A stretch of 48,661 nucleotides of DNA, taken from assembly GCA_045047115.1 (NCBI GenBank), contig JASFYR010000025.1:1-48661 (forward strand), written 5' to 3'. This stretch comes from Sulfurospirillum sp. (GTDB lineage: Bacteria; Campylobacterota; Campylobacteria; Campylobacterales; Sulfurospirillaceae). Made by a program: the position numbers and the translations under genes. Shown here in pieces: positions 39,708 to 48,661 of the stretch (position 1 is the first letter of the stretch; every line of letters starts with the position of its first letter). Below the pieces are notes generated by a model. It was not told the origin of the DNA. It worked only from the letters and a program-made list of their open reading frames with translations, and searched no databases.

Positions 39708-40819
39708 ATCTTTGCCTTTTTGATGATAAGCGATGTGTTATTGCCGCCAAAACCAAAGTAGTTGCACATAAAAGTACCGCTGTCACACTCTTTATGCTCA
39801 TAAATCGGCTGAAAATCTAAATCCATAGGCTTGTTGCAATAGAGTGTCTTTGGTAAAAATCCATCATCTATGGCACTCATCAAAACAGCAATCTCTAAAA
39901 CCCCGCTAGCCCCTATCGTATGCCCGACATATGGTTTTAGTGCCGTAAAGTCAAGACTTGGTTTGAAGAGTTTTTTGATAGCATTTATCTCTGCTTCGTC
40001 ATTGCTTAATGAACCAGTAGCATGTGCTTTCAGGGCTGTGATATCCTCTACATGCAAAACAGAATCTTCCAGTGCTTTTTGCATCACCTCCACACACTCT
40101 TCACCGCTTTGACTTACAGAAGTAATAGTTTGTGAGTTGCAGTTGCTAAAACCTCCCAAAAAAGACCAGCTTGAATCATCTCTGCCCAAAACGATACCGG
40201 CTATCGCCTCTCCTAAAACCAATCCGTCCCTATCACTATCAAAAGGTTTTGGCTTGGAATACGAGAGGAGCTCCATAGAAAAAAAGCCACTACTCATCAC
40301 AGGCGAAAATATCTCCAAACCTATGACAATAGCCTGCTTGAATACTCCTGCATTTATAAGATTTTTTGCCTCAAGCAAAGCATTTGCACTTGATGTACAG
40401 GCTGTATTTATACTCATAGTAAACTCATTTAGACCAAATTCCAGAGCCAAATCTTTTGCATAAGAGTCTATACTTCTTTTTCTTGAGTGGAATGGAGTTC
40501 TCTTATGCTCGTAGGCACAACCGTTTATCGCATCAACCAAATGCCAGTCAATGAGCGATGTGCCAATGATAAGAGCAGTAGAGTTTAGAGAAGATTTATC
40601 AATATTTTGTAAAAGTTTTAAAAGTATCTTTCTTAGAGCAATATATATCTCATTTTGATTTTGTCCAATCTTGTTTTTAAGCAGAAAACAGGGTATATCA
40701 TTTTGTTTTATCGTTATTGAAGATATCTTGGTTTTTGAGTTTTTTATCGCACCAAGTGTCTCTTCTTTGTCGCCTTGCGAGGAGAGAAGCTGAAAATCGA
40801 GTATATTTATACTAGCCAT
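39704..40819 (-). CDS. Beta-ketoacyl-ACP synthase (active)
   Basis: TACTSS, KAHATG, KPYVGHTIGA, FGFGGNN. Confidence 0.92.
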   Translation of the reverse strand: MASINILDFQLLSSQGDKEETLGAIKNSKTKISSITIKQNDIPCFLLKNKIGQNQNEIYIALRKILLKLLQNIDKSSLNSTALIIGTSLIDWHLVDAINGCAYEHKRTPFHSRKRSIDSYAKDLALEFGLNEFTMSINTACTSSANALLEAKNLINAGVFKQAIVIGLEIFSPVMSSGFFSMELLSYSKPKPFDSDRDGLVLGEAIAGIVLGRDDSSWSFLGGFSNCNSQTITSVSQSGEECVEVMQKALEDSVLHVEDITALKAHATGSLSNDEAEINAIKKLFKPSLDFTALKPYVGHTIGASGVLEIAVLMSAIDDGFLPKTLYCNKPMDLDFQPIYEHKECDSGTFMCNYFGFGGNNTSLIIKKAKI

Positions 40820-41081
40820 TTTGCTCGCTTACTATATAGTTTGCGAGTTTTTCTATCGTAGTGACTGTTCTTCTAAACTCTTTAGAATCCCCTAATCTCA
40901 CGCCATAAATCTTTTGCAAACCCATAGAAATAGCGAGTGCATCAAGCGAATCCAGGTCCAACCCACTCTTTGGCGAAAAAAGCTCAACATCATCCTTGAT
41001 ATCTTCAGGCTCAAATTCATCTTTTTCACACTCTTGTATAATCATCAGTTTTATATCATATTTTATCTTGTCAATACCCAT
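40812..41081 (-). CDS. Acyl carrier protein
   Basis: LF...GLDLDSLDAL; AAGGTGA SD 7 nt before ATG 41081. Confidence 0.9.
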   Translation of the reverse strand: MGIDKIKYDIKLMIIQECEKDEFEPEDIKDDVELFSPKSGLDLDSLDALAISMGLQKIYGVRLGDSKEFRRTVTTIEKLANYIVSEQNG

Positions 41082-41107
41082 CAAAACATCACCTTTTAAA
41101 AAATAAG

Positions 41108-41116
41108 ATTATACCA
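41108..41116 (-). promoter_or_regulatory. Extended -10 promoter of the PKS operon
   Basis: TGGTATAAT upstream of the first ACP SD. Confidence 0.7.
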
Positions 41117-41158
41117 AAAAGTAATTTAAAATAGTTGTTTTGAATAAAAATCGGGCAT

Positions 41159-41192
41159 AAAAAAAGCGTTCGAGGTGGGCATCTCGAACGCT
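41159..41192 (-). terminator. Rho-independent terminator
   Basis: AGCGTTCGAG-atgcccac-CTCGAACGCT 10-bp stem followed by a T run on the minus strand. Confidence 0.85.
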
Positions 41193-41241
41193 GATTTTAA
41201 AAAATATATTCATTTTCTAAAAAGGAGGGTTGCGTCTTGGT
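41159..41241 (-). ncRNA. Candidate small RNA with anti-SD (CCCUCCUUUU) motif
   Basis: TATAAT at 41248-41253, then an ~83-nt ORF-less stretch ending in a perfect hairpin and U-tract. Confidence 0.6.
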
Positions 41242-41343
41242 AATGAAATTATATGATTAAAATCTAAATATAAAGTAACCTTTTATAAATAAAATGTAAA
41301 TATGATACTTTAAACAATATGTAAAGACTATACGAGGCTACTT

Positions 41344-43587
41344 TTAATACTCACCGGGCATTTTAGATGGTTTTGAAAAGTAGTAGCCTTGAGAATACTC
41401 GATATCCAACTCTTCGATAACTTTTTGAACAGAAGCATTATGTACAAATTCTGCAATACAAGGGATTCCGCTTTGTTTGGCAAAAAATACAATGCTTTTG
41501 GTTACATTGTAACTGCGTTGATTGACATCAATATCTTTAATATATTTGGCATCAATTTTTAAATAGTCGATATTTAGCTCTAATGTTCGCTCAAAATTAG
41601 AGTACTCTGCGCCAAAGTCATCGATAGCCAATGCATATCCTTCACTTTTGATCAGTTTTAGCTGCTGCAAGTTGTTTTTTTGCCCTATCGTGCTTATGCC
41701 TTCAAGAATTTCTATTATAACTCGTTCGGGTTTGATGCCATACTGCAAGGACTTTTCATTTAGATAATCACATAAATAATTTCGGTTTAAGTCATCTTCA
41801 GTGATGTTGATTGAAAAAATATAGTTATTATTAGCCATGATTTTAAAACTTTTATCAATCATTGCTTTAGTGATATTTGAGATAAATCCTGAGAGACGCG
41901 CTGTTTCTAAAAAAACATAAGGAGAGATAATTTTACCATCTTGTTCTATACGGGCGAGTACCTCAAACTTTGTGAGTGTTTTTGTTTTGTTATCTCGAAT
42001 CCCTTGGAAATAGGGGACAATTTTATCCTCTTGAAGAGCTTTATGCAGTAGATTATGTGATGCAATAAAAGATTCTCGCTTTGCATAGTCAATCTTATCT
42101 CGTTCTTGATCAAAAATACGAAATTGGTCTTTGCCGTTTTCCTTTGCCTGTTTGAGTGCCAGTGCACTGTTGCTGATTATTTTTTTTCGATCATATGCTG
42201 CGCCATACGAAAAGGAAATATGAAGCACCAAAGTATCGATTTGAATGGTATTTGTATGAAAATAGTTTTGAATTTCTTTTATTTGTGCTTCAAGGTCAAT
42301 TTTTTCATCAAACAGAAGAGCAAATTCATCAGAGTTTAGACGGTAAGCGGAGTGGGCACTAAAATTTCCTTTTAAAATCTCTGCTACTCTTATCAGCAGT
42401 TTGTCTCCTGTCTCAAACCCGTACGCCATATTGATATAGCTTAAGTTGTTGATATTAAGTAAAATAAGAGAAAATTGATCTTCTGTTTGAGTTATTTTTT
42501 CCAGATGTGTACGGTTTAAAAGATGAGTAAGCGTGTCATGATAAACCTGATAATTTATCTGCTCTAACAGTGCTTCTTTTTTCTTTTTTTCTCGGCGTAA
42601 TTTTCTATTGATATGATATTCACGAGCAAGAAAAAGAAAGAGTGCAATTATAACAAGAAGTATAATAATCTCTTTATGCTCTTCTAGCAACTCTTTTATT
42701 ATTTGAGATTTTGTATTTGCATAATTACTAATTCCCAATCTTCTTATAAGATCATATACACTTTTGTAAATATCAGGTGCAGTCCACTGAAAATATCTGG
42801 CACTTTTTGCCACATTGCTGTCACCAGGAAGGCCAAGCAGTTCTACAACAATCTTTCTGGATAGTTCATCAGAGGCATTTATTGTTTTGGCAAAACACCA
42901 CTGCGGATAAAGCTTGCTACTGCAGACATAGGGAAAATATGCATGGTTTTGTTTATTGAGTATGTTAAGTTTTTGCATATCAAACTTTTTCTCTCTTTGC
43001 CACTGCTCTAAGAGTCCTGTGCGGATGATACCGACATCTGCTCTACTATCAATAATGCTTTGCACAACTCTCTTTTGTTCACCCAAAAAGATAACTTTAT
43101 TACCATTCTTTAAAGGATCTATATGGTGTGCCATGAGTGTATCATAACCAATTAGCCAACCTCCGGTTCCCAAAGGAGCAACAGCTGCGATACGGTGATT
43201 TTTTTTGATTTGGGATAGAGTTGTGATGTTTGATTTTTTATTGGATATAATAACTGATCCAAATCGTCCTATCCGGTTTTTATCTAAAAGTGTGAGTAGT
43301 TTTGATGCACCGACACTCATTTGCAAATCAACATACATAACAGGAGGTAGAATTACATAATCGATCTTCCCGGCTTTTATCTTCTCTTTTAATTGAGGAA
43401 ATTCTGCTGGAAGAAAAGGAACAAGCTTGAAAGTATGTTCTGGAATTTTTTATTGAAGATAGTTAATCGTAGGCATCCACTCTTTTTGTGCCTCTGCTTT
43501 TCCGTTCATGGCATTTATGGCAATTTCTACAGTATTTGCATAAATTATAACTGGTAAAAGCAAAATAATTAAGCGTATAAAATACAT
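41344..43587 (-). pseudogene. PhnD-like periplasmic sensor / degenerate GGDEF / EAL phosphodiesterase, interrupted by an in-frame TAA at codon 46
   Basis: AAAGGA SD and ATG 43587 (MYFIRLIILLLPVIIYAN signal peptide) are in frame with ORF 41344..43338; stop at 43450-43452. Motifs RLNSDEF, EVLAR, DDFGAEYSN, KID, AEFV, QGYY. Confidence 0.8.
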
Positions 43588-43596
43588 GATTATCCT

Positions 43597-43971
43597 TTAC
43601 AAAAACAACATTCCAAAGAAAATAATAACACCAAATACCGCAACAAGAAAACATATGGTATAAAAAAGGTGTTCATTGTCTTGTGTTTTATTCTCTTTAA
43701 GCAACAGTAGTTGCTTCTTGTAATAAAATATTGTGTAAATACCCAGCACTATGCCTATAAATGTTGTAAATAATCCTAAATAATGGTAGAGTGACTCACT
43801 TTGGACAAATTTATCCGGCGATATTTTAAGTAATTTCAATGATATTTCTTTTAGAAAAAAGTCAAATTTCTCTATAACAAATCCTAATACAATTATGGAT
43901 ATAGATGTTCTTGCAAGTGCTAAAATAGAACGATTAAGTGCCCACAAATCTTTAGGATCCAATTTTTCCAT
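43597..43971 (-). CDS. DUF202/YidH family membrane protein
   Basis: D..A..R..LA..RT......GF.IEKF pattern, 3 TM helices; TATAAT at 44000-44005. Confidence 0.8.
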   Translation of the reverse strand: MEKLDPKDLWALNRSILALARTSISIIVLGFVIEKFDFFLKEISLKLLKISPDKFVQSESLYHYLGLFTTFIGIVLGIYTIFYYKKQLLLLKENKTQDNEHLFYTICFLVAVFGVIIFFGMLFL

Positions 43972-44061
43972 TATCTTTTTGCTCCTTTAAATAGGATAGA
44001 TTATACTATTTTATTTAAAATACAGCTTAATTTGAAAAAGAGTTAAAGCAGACAGGCTGTT

Positions 44062-44409
44062 TTATAAAAACTCTCCATCGACATACAGCCATCTATCTTT
44101 TGCTTTTATAAATCTGCTCTTTTCAATAAAGCTATTGTCGATCTTTTCACAAAAAACAGTAGCTTTAAATGTCACAAAAGCCTCTTTTTCCCCATCGCTA
44201 AACTCTTTTAGTTCACTCTCGTCTAAATCTTTGTTTGAAGAGGTTTTGATGAGATACTTTATGTCTCCTGTTGCATAGGCGCTATACCTACTCTTCATCA
44301 GTTCCAATGCACTTTTTGGCAAAGCTCCCTTATGAAATATGGCACAACATTTTTTGTACTTTTTTCCACTTCCACAAGGGCATAGAGAGTTGATGGTAAA
44401 TTTTTTCAA
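44062..44409 (-). CDS. ychJ: YchJ family SEC-C motif protein (short)
   Basis: CPCGSGKKYKKCC, LMKSRYSAY, FVTF.A, E.S.F....W.YVDG. Confidence 0.85.
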   Translation of the reverse strand: MKKFTINSLCPCGSGKKYKKCCAIFHKGALPKSALELMKSRYSAYATGDIKYLIKTSSNKDLDESELKEFSDGEKEAFVTFKATVFCEKIDNSFIEKSRFIKAKDRWLYVDGEFL

Positions 44410-44411
44410 TT

Positions 44412-45680
44412 TTACTCTTTTAGAGCTTTGGCAATCAACTCTAAAGGATTTTTAAAGATAGTATCTTCATTTCCATCGACAAAGAGTGAATTTGTTATCT
44501 GCATTCTACATGCACTACATTCCGCACTGACTATATCAGCTCCGCTCTCTTTTATCATGGCTGCTTTTGGCATACCGGCTGATTTCGCAAGATGGTACTT
44601 TTCGGTCTGTATCGTAACTCCACCAAAACCGCAACAACGATTTGAATCACTCATCTCTTTTATCTCATAGTTTTGGGCTAAAAGTTCTCTGGGTTCTCTA
44701 TACACACCTTGCATCTTTCTGGCATGACAAGGGTCGTGATAAGTCACTACATCACTCATTTTGCATTTTTTAGAAGCTAAAATCTCTTTTAGATTTGTAC
44801 ACTTTTCAAGATACTCTGTTGCCATGTATATCTTTGGCGCAAGCTTTTGGGCTCTTTGCTTCCACTGGGGTTTGTCATGAAAAAAATGAGCATAATCAAC
44901 CTTTATCATGGCACTACATGTTGCCTCGGGGATGATCACAGCATCAAGCTCATCCATAAAGCTCTCCATATACTCGATATTGTGTTTAGCCAGGTAATCC
45001 ACCGTATCAAAATCCCCTGTAAAGTACGCGGGCGCACCGCAACACAACTGCTGCTTTATAAGATAAGCATCGATCTGTAAAACTTCGAGTATCTCAAGAA
45101 GTGCTTTTCCTATATCAGTATATGTGTAGTTTGCCAAACAACCTATGAAAATCCCTACTTTTCCTTTTCCGCCGTTTTTTATAATATCCGGGTGTGAATT
45201 TAGAAAGCTCTTAGCCTTGGCACTGGGAAGAAGTCTGTCTTTCTTGATGATAGGCATAGAAAACCTAGGTTCCATAGAGCTCTGTTTTTCGCGTATCTTA
45301 AATCCGCAAGTTTGAAAGACACAACCCAGTTTTGCAAGTAAATCCATCACTTTTCGGTGTCTTAAAAGCCAAAAGAAAAGTTTTTTATACCAGGCAAGTC
45401 CATACTTTTGCCTGATATCATCCCTGACCTGCTCTATGAGCATATCAACCGGCAGATCATTTGGACAAATGTCGACACAGTTTGTACACAAAAAACAACT
45501 CTCAAATATATCTTTTGCGTTCTTGTCTAGCTCTAAATCACCTCTTTGATAAGCTCCTAAAAGATCTAAAAAACCCCTGGGAGAGGTGACTTCATCCATA
45601 TTTACATTGTGGATAGTGCATACCGGTATGCACTTTCCACACTTTATGCACTCATCAGTGCTAGTGTTAAACTCAAACAT
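44412..45680 (-). CDS. Fe-S oxidoreductase, GlcF/GlpC-like (2x4Fe-4S plus two CCG domains)
   Basis: CIKCGKC...C, CFLCTNC...CP, CCG, YHDPCH, CCGFGG. Confidence 0.9.
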   Translation of the reverse strand: MFEFNTSTDECIKCGKCIPVCTIHNVNMDEVTSPRGFLDLLGAYQRGDLELDKNAKDIFESCFLCTNCVDICPNDLPVDMLIEQVRDDIRQKYGLAWYKKLFFWLLRHRKVMDLLAKLGCVFQTCGFKIREKQSSMEPRFSMPIIKKDRLLPSAKAKSFLNSHPDIIKNGGKGKVGIFIGCLANYTYTDIGKALLEILEVLQIDAYLIKQQLCCGAPAYFTGDFDTVDYLAKHNIEYMESFMDELDAVIIPEATCSAMIKVDYAHFFHDKPQWKQRAQKLAPKIYMATEYLEKCTNLKEILASKKCKMSDVVTYHDPCHARKMQGVYREPRELLAQNYEIKEMSDSNRCCGFGGVTIQTEKYHLAKSAGMPKAAMIKESGADIVSAECSACRMQITNSLFVDGNEDTIFKNPLELIAKALKE

Positions 45681-47054
45681 CTAAACAGTCTTTGAAAATC
45701 TTCTTTTGCTCTCGGGTATCTTTTTAAGATAAGCATCAAAAGGCATAGAGATGTTTCTTATAAGTAGAGTTCCTGTTGGATTGACTGTTATCTTTTTACA
45801 CTCCTTGTCTATCTCTACAAGCCCCTCAGCCACAAAAGATCTCAAGTCCTCTATGGCATCGCTAAAATAGTCAAAAAAATCAATCCCAAACTCCCTCTCG
45901 ACTCTTGCGATGTCAAGCTTGAAGTTACTCATTAGTTCCATAATCACAGCTTTTCTAAGCACATCATCATCATTCAATTTCAAACCCCTGTGCACAGGTA
46001 AAATTCCATTGTCTATGGCATTTTCATACATCTTCATATCTTTAAAATTTTGCACATAGTGAGCTACGCCTTCACCGATACTGGTCAAGCCAATTCCCAC
46101 TAGGTCAGCTCCGCCTTTTGTAGTATATCCTTGAAAGTTTCTATGCAATTCACCCTTTTCTATCGCCAAAAAAAGCTCATCATCAGGTTTTGCAAAGTGG
46201 TCCATTCCTATCATCCTAAGACCATTTGAGCTTAGATAATCTATGGTATATTTTAAAATTTCCAATTTCTCACTAGGCCTTGGGAGTGTTGTCTCATCTA
46301 TCTTTCTCATAGTCTTTTTCATCCACGGAACATGAGCATAGTTAAAAACGGCAAATCTGTCAGTATCTAGCAAAAGAGCCTTCTGCAGTGTCTTTTTAAA
46401 AGTCTCGAGGTTTTGATACGGCAATCCATATATAAGATCCATATTTACAGACTCTACTCCTGCATCTCTTGCCATTTTTACAGCATTTTGAGTAACTTCA
46501 AAGGGTTGAATCCTGTGTATTGCTTTTTGCACGGTATCATTAAAATCCTGCACACCAAAACTGACACGATTAAATCCACCTCCGACTAAAACATCGACCT
46601 GCCCTTTTGTCAAAAATCTAGGATCAATCTCACAACTAATCTCGGCTTCATCTGCAAAATTTTTAAAATATTTTCTTATGAGCTTTATGATTATATCTAA
46701 CTGCTCTGCACTAAAAAAAGTAGGAGTTCCACCACCAAAATGCATCTGTATAACCTCTCTGCTTGTATCGAGATGTTTTGAGAGAATTTCGAGTTCTTTT
46801 TCAAGATAGCCTATATACCTCTCTTTTTTATCATCTTTACTCGTAAAAACAACATTGCATCCACAAAAATAACAGGCGCTTCTACAAAATGGCAAATGAA
46901 AATACAGAGATAATGGTCTCTTTTTGTCTTGGTTTTCCAAGATATCAATATAAGAACTTGCATCAAAACTCTCATTGAACTCTGGTGCTGTCGGATAGCT
47001 TGTATATCTTGGTCCCGGTTTTGAATACTTTGAAAAAAGTTCGAAATTTATCAT
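45681..47054 (-). CDS. hemN: Oxygen-independent coproporphyrinogen III oxidase
   Basis: GPRYTSYPTA, CRSACYFCGC, HFGGGTPT, IGMDHF, RNFQGY. Confidence 0.97.
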   Translation of the reverse strand: MINFELFSKYSKPGPRYTSYPTAPEFNESFDASSYIDILENQDKKRPLSLYFHLPFCRSACYFCGCNVVFTSKDDKKERYIGYLEKELEILSKHLDTSREVIQMHFGGGTPTFFSAEQLDIIIKLIRKYFKNFADEAEISCEIDPRFLTKGQVDVLVGGGFNRVSFGVQDFNDTVQKAIHRIQPFEVTQNAVKMARDAGVESVNMDLIYGLPYQNLETFKKTLQKALLLDTDRFAVFNYAHVPWMKKTMRKIDETTLPRPSEKLEILKYTIDYLSSNGLRMIGMDHFAKPDDELFLAIEKGELHRNFQGYTTKGGADLVGIGLTSIGEGVAHYVQNFKDMKMYENAIDNGILPVHRGLKLNDDDVLRKAVIMELMSNFKLDIARVEREFGIDFFDYFSDAIEDLRSFVAEGLVEIDKECKKITVNPTGTLLIRNISMPFDAYLKKIPESKRRFSKTV

Positions 47055-47138
47055 TTAACTGTCTCCTTAAACTTGAGCAAAGCCCAAGTTAAATTCCTCT
47101 CACTAAAGCTTATGCTTTGCATAGAATTTATCATTTAA
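47045..47138 (-). repeat. Structured ~80-bp intergenic element, copy 1, with 14-bp direct repeats
   Basis: AATTTATCATTTAA at 47045-47058 and 47125-47138; two hairpins; homologous to 48559-48661. Confidence 0.8.
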
Positions 47139-47636
47139 TTACCTTATTATTTGTTGTGTGGATTGGTTGGCAAATAGATCTTTCAGGTTTAAAAAGAGGT
47201 TGGGGTGCTCTTTCTTTATCTTTCTTAGAAGTTTTTCTAAGTCTATATTGACTGTTTTTGAGTTATTTTTTTTAAGTGCTAGTTTTTTTATCTCATCCAT
47301 AGCTACCGTCCAAACATCCTGATAGTCTATAGGCACATGCTGCAAGATAGTCTTTTCTAATTTCAAATCAAAATTATTTTGTTGCAACTCCCTAAAATTT
47401 TCTATCAACTTGTTCATAGTATCGATAGAAACCATTGCACGCAACTTTTGGTTTTCATCTATAACAAACCATGGCTCCTTGTTGTCCCAACTTCCACTTT
47501 TTAGACTAAGCATTTTTACATCAGGATTATCAGTATCTTCAATCTCTATAACAGTCTCGTACTTTTTTTTATTACTTCCAAAGTACTCATCTATACTGTC
47601 TAATTTATCAAATACACTTATATCTTTTTTATCCAT
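47139..47636 (-). CDS. DUF2603-like conserved Campylobacterota protein
   Basis: L..GSW...EPW, KLEK.I.Q..PID..DVW.VAM, K.EHPNLF; lies between argF and hemN. Start at 47654 is also possible. Confidence 0.8.
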   Translation of the reverse strand: MDKKDISVFDKLDSIDEYFGSNKKKYETVIEIEDTDNPDVKMLSLKSGSWDNKEPWFVIDENQKLRAMVSIDTMNKLIENFRELQQNNFDLKLEKTILQHVPIDYQDVWTVAMDEIKKLALKKNNSKTVNIDLEKLLRKIKKEHPNLFLNLKDLFANQSTQQIIR

Positions 47637-47637
47637 T

Positions 47638-48561
47638 TTACTCTCTCTTTTCATCTAGCCAAACCATCAGGCCTTTTTGTGCATGCAGCCTGTTTTCAGC
47701 CTCGTCAAAGACTATATTCGAATATCGCTCAAGTATCTCCTCGCTTACTTCATATCCTCTATATGCAGGCAAACAGTGTAAGAAAATAGCATCTTTTTTA
47801 GCGTATGAGATCAAAGCATTATCAACTATAAAACCCTCAAAATCCTTAACTCTTTGCTCTTTTTCATCCTCTTGTCCCATAGATATCCAAGTATCTGTCG
47901 TGACAACATCTGCACCATTGACTGCAACTTTAGGGTCATTTGTATATATCACGGCTCCACCACTTTGCTCACATAGCATCTTTGCATCTTCAATGATCTC
48001 ATCCATCGGCTCATACCCTTTTGGTGTAGCAACTCTGAGCTCGAAGCCTAGTTTGGCAGCTAACATCATCCATGAGTGCGTCATATTGTTGCCGTCACCA
48101 ACATAAGCAACTACCGGGTTTTTGTCTTTACCATATTCTATCATAGTCAAATAATCTGCCAAAAGCTGTACCGGATGATACTTGTCGGTCAAACCATTGA
48201 TGATAGGCACTTTTGAGTAAGCTGCAAACTCATCTAAAACGCTTTGTGAATATGTCCTGATCATCACCATATCAACCATGCGACTTATCACTCTTGCGGA
48301 GTCTTTCATCGGCTCACCACGACCCAACTGCAAGTCATTTGAAGACAAAAACAGTCCTTGACCTCCAAGCTGATGGATACCCACCTCAAAACTGATCCTG
48401 GTTCTTGTACTGCTTTTTTCAAAAAGCATACCTAAAGACTGCTTTTGGAGATATGGTATATAGTTTTTAACTTTAGCCTCTTTTTTAATCTTGATACCTA
48501 AATCAATAATCTCCAGTATTTCTTCTTTTGTAAAATCATACAGTGATAAAAAATGCCTCAT
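47638..48561 (-). CDS. argF: Ornithine carbamoyltransferase
   Basis: [40 protein letters not shown]. Confidence 0.97.
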   Translation of the reverse strand: MRHFLSLYDFTKEEILEIIDLGIKIKKEAKVKNYIPYLQKQSLGMLFEKSSTRTRISFEVGIHQLGGQGLFLSSNDLQLGRGEPMKDSARVISRMVDMVMIRTYSQSVLDEFAAYSKVPIINGLTDKYHPVQLLADYLTMIEYGKDKNPVVAYVGDGNNMTHSWMMLAAKLGFELRVATPKGYEPMDEIIEDAKMLCEQSGGAVIYTNDPKVAVNGADVVTTDTWISMGQEDEKEQRVKDFEGFIVDNALISYAKKDAIFLHCLPAYRGYEVSEEILERYSNIVFDEAENRLHAQKGLMVWLDEKRE

Positions 48562-48661
48562 ATTATTGTCCCCTTTAAAAGGAGCAAAGCCCCTTTTAAA
48601 TTCCTCGCGACTGAAGCTGCGCCGTTGGCGAGAAGATTACTATTTATTGTCCCCTTTAAAA
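48559..48661 (-). repeat. Structured ~80-bp intergenic element, copy 2 (tandem, truncated by window edge)
   Basis: TTATTGTCCCCTTTAAAA at 48563-48580 and 48644-48661 (81-bp period); two hairpins; shares GAGCAAAGCCC and TTAAATTCCTC with copy 1. Confidence 0.8.

Noticed and set aside
41221..41260. Plus-strand AAGGAGG SD with micro-ORF (L)VMKLYD*
   Set aside because: At most 7 codons, with no supporting plus-strand promoter or terminator; the minus-strand sRNA model explains the motif better.
43463..43654. 63-aa Cys-rich ORF (minus strand)
   Set aside because: It is an alternate frame overlapping the DUF202 end and the true N-terminus of the interrupted PDE gene.
1299..48106. Numerous alternative ORFs (e.g. 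2619..3227+, 8816..9340+, 29745..30338+, 17631..18008-)
   Set aside because: They are antisense or out-of-frame shadows of well-supported genes and have no recognisable motifs.
48563..48661. Direct repeats with an 81-bp period as a CRISPR array
   Set aside because: Only two 18-bp matches are visible, the 'spacer' is homologous to the element at 47059-47124, and there are no cas genes.

Overview
AT-rich chromosomal window from a Campylobacterota (epsilonproteobacterial) genome. The taxon is inferred from the argF-DUF2603-hemN-FeS and ribH-nusB-pyrF gene orders and from TGnTATAAT promoters. Left to right: tRNA-Ser(GCT) next to a possible island boundary; housekeeping genes (dbpA, AsmA, pyrF, nusB, ribH, TauE, alr); a GntR-associated mtnK-ABC importer-mtnA-class II aldolase operon (DHAP shunt / 5-deoxyribose pathway) with an 18-bp inverted-repeat operator candidate; a complete NuoEF-type complex I split into two convergent operons (nuoA-B-CD-E-F >< nuoN-M-L-K-J-I-H-G) with a heavily remodelled NuoF nucleotide pocket; a 14-gene aryl-polyene-like type II PKS cluster with a PAL-like ammonia-lyase; a candidate anti-SD sRNA; a nonsense-interrupted sensor GGDEF-EAL gene; and ychJ, an Fe-S oxidoreductase, hemN and argF. 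The most unexpected signal is an ~80-bp structured element found twice at gene junctions (before hemN and argF). It has covarying hairpins, flanking direct repeats, its own Shine-Dalgarno, and an open frame ending in an ATGA overlap with the downstream start codon. All calls come from reading motifs by eye; no searches were run.
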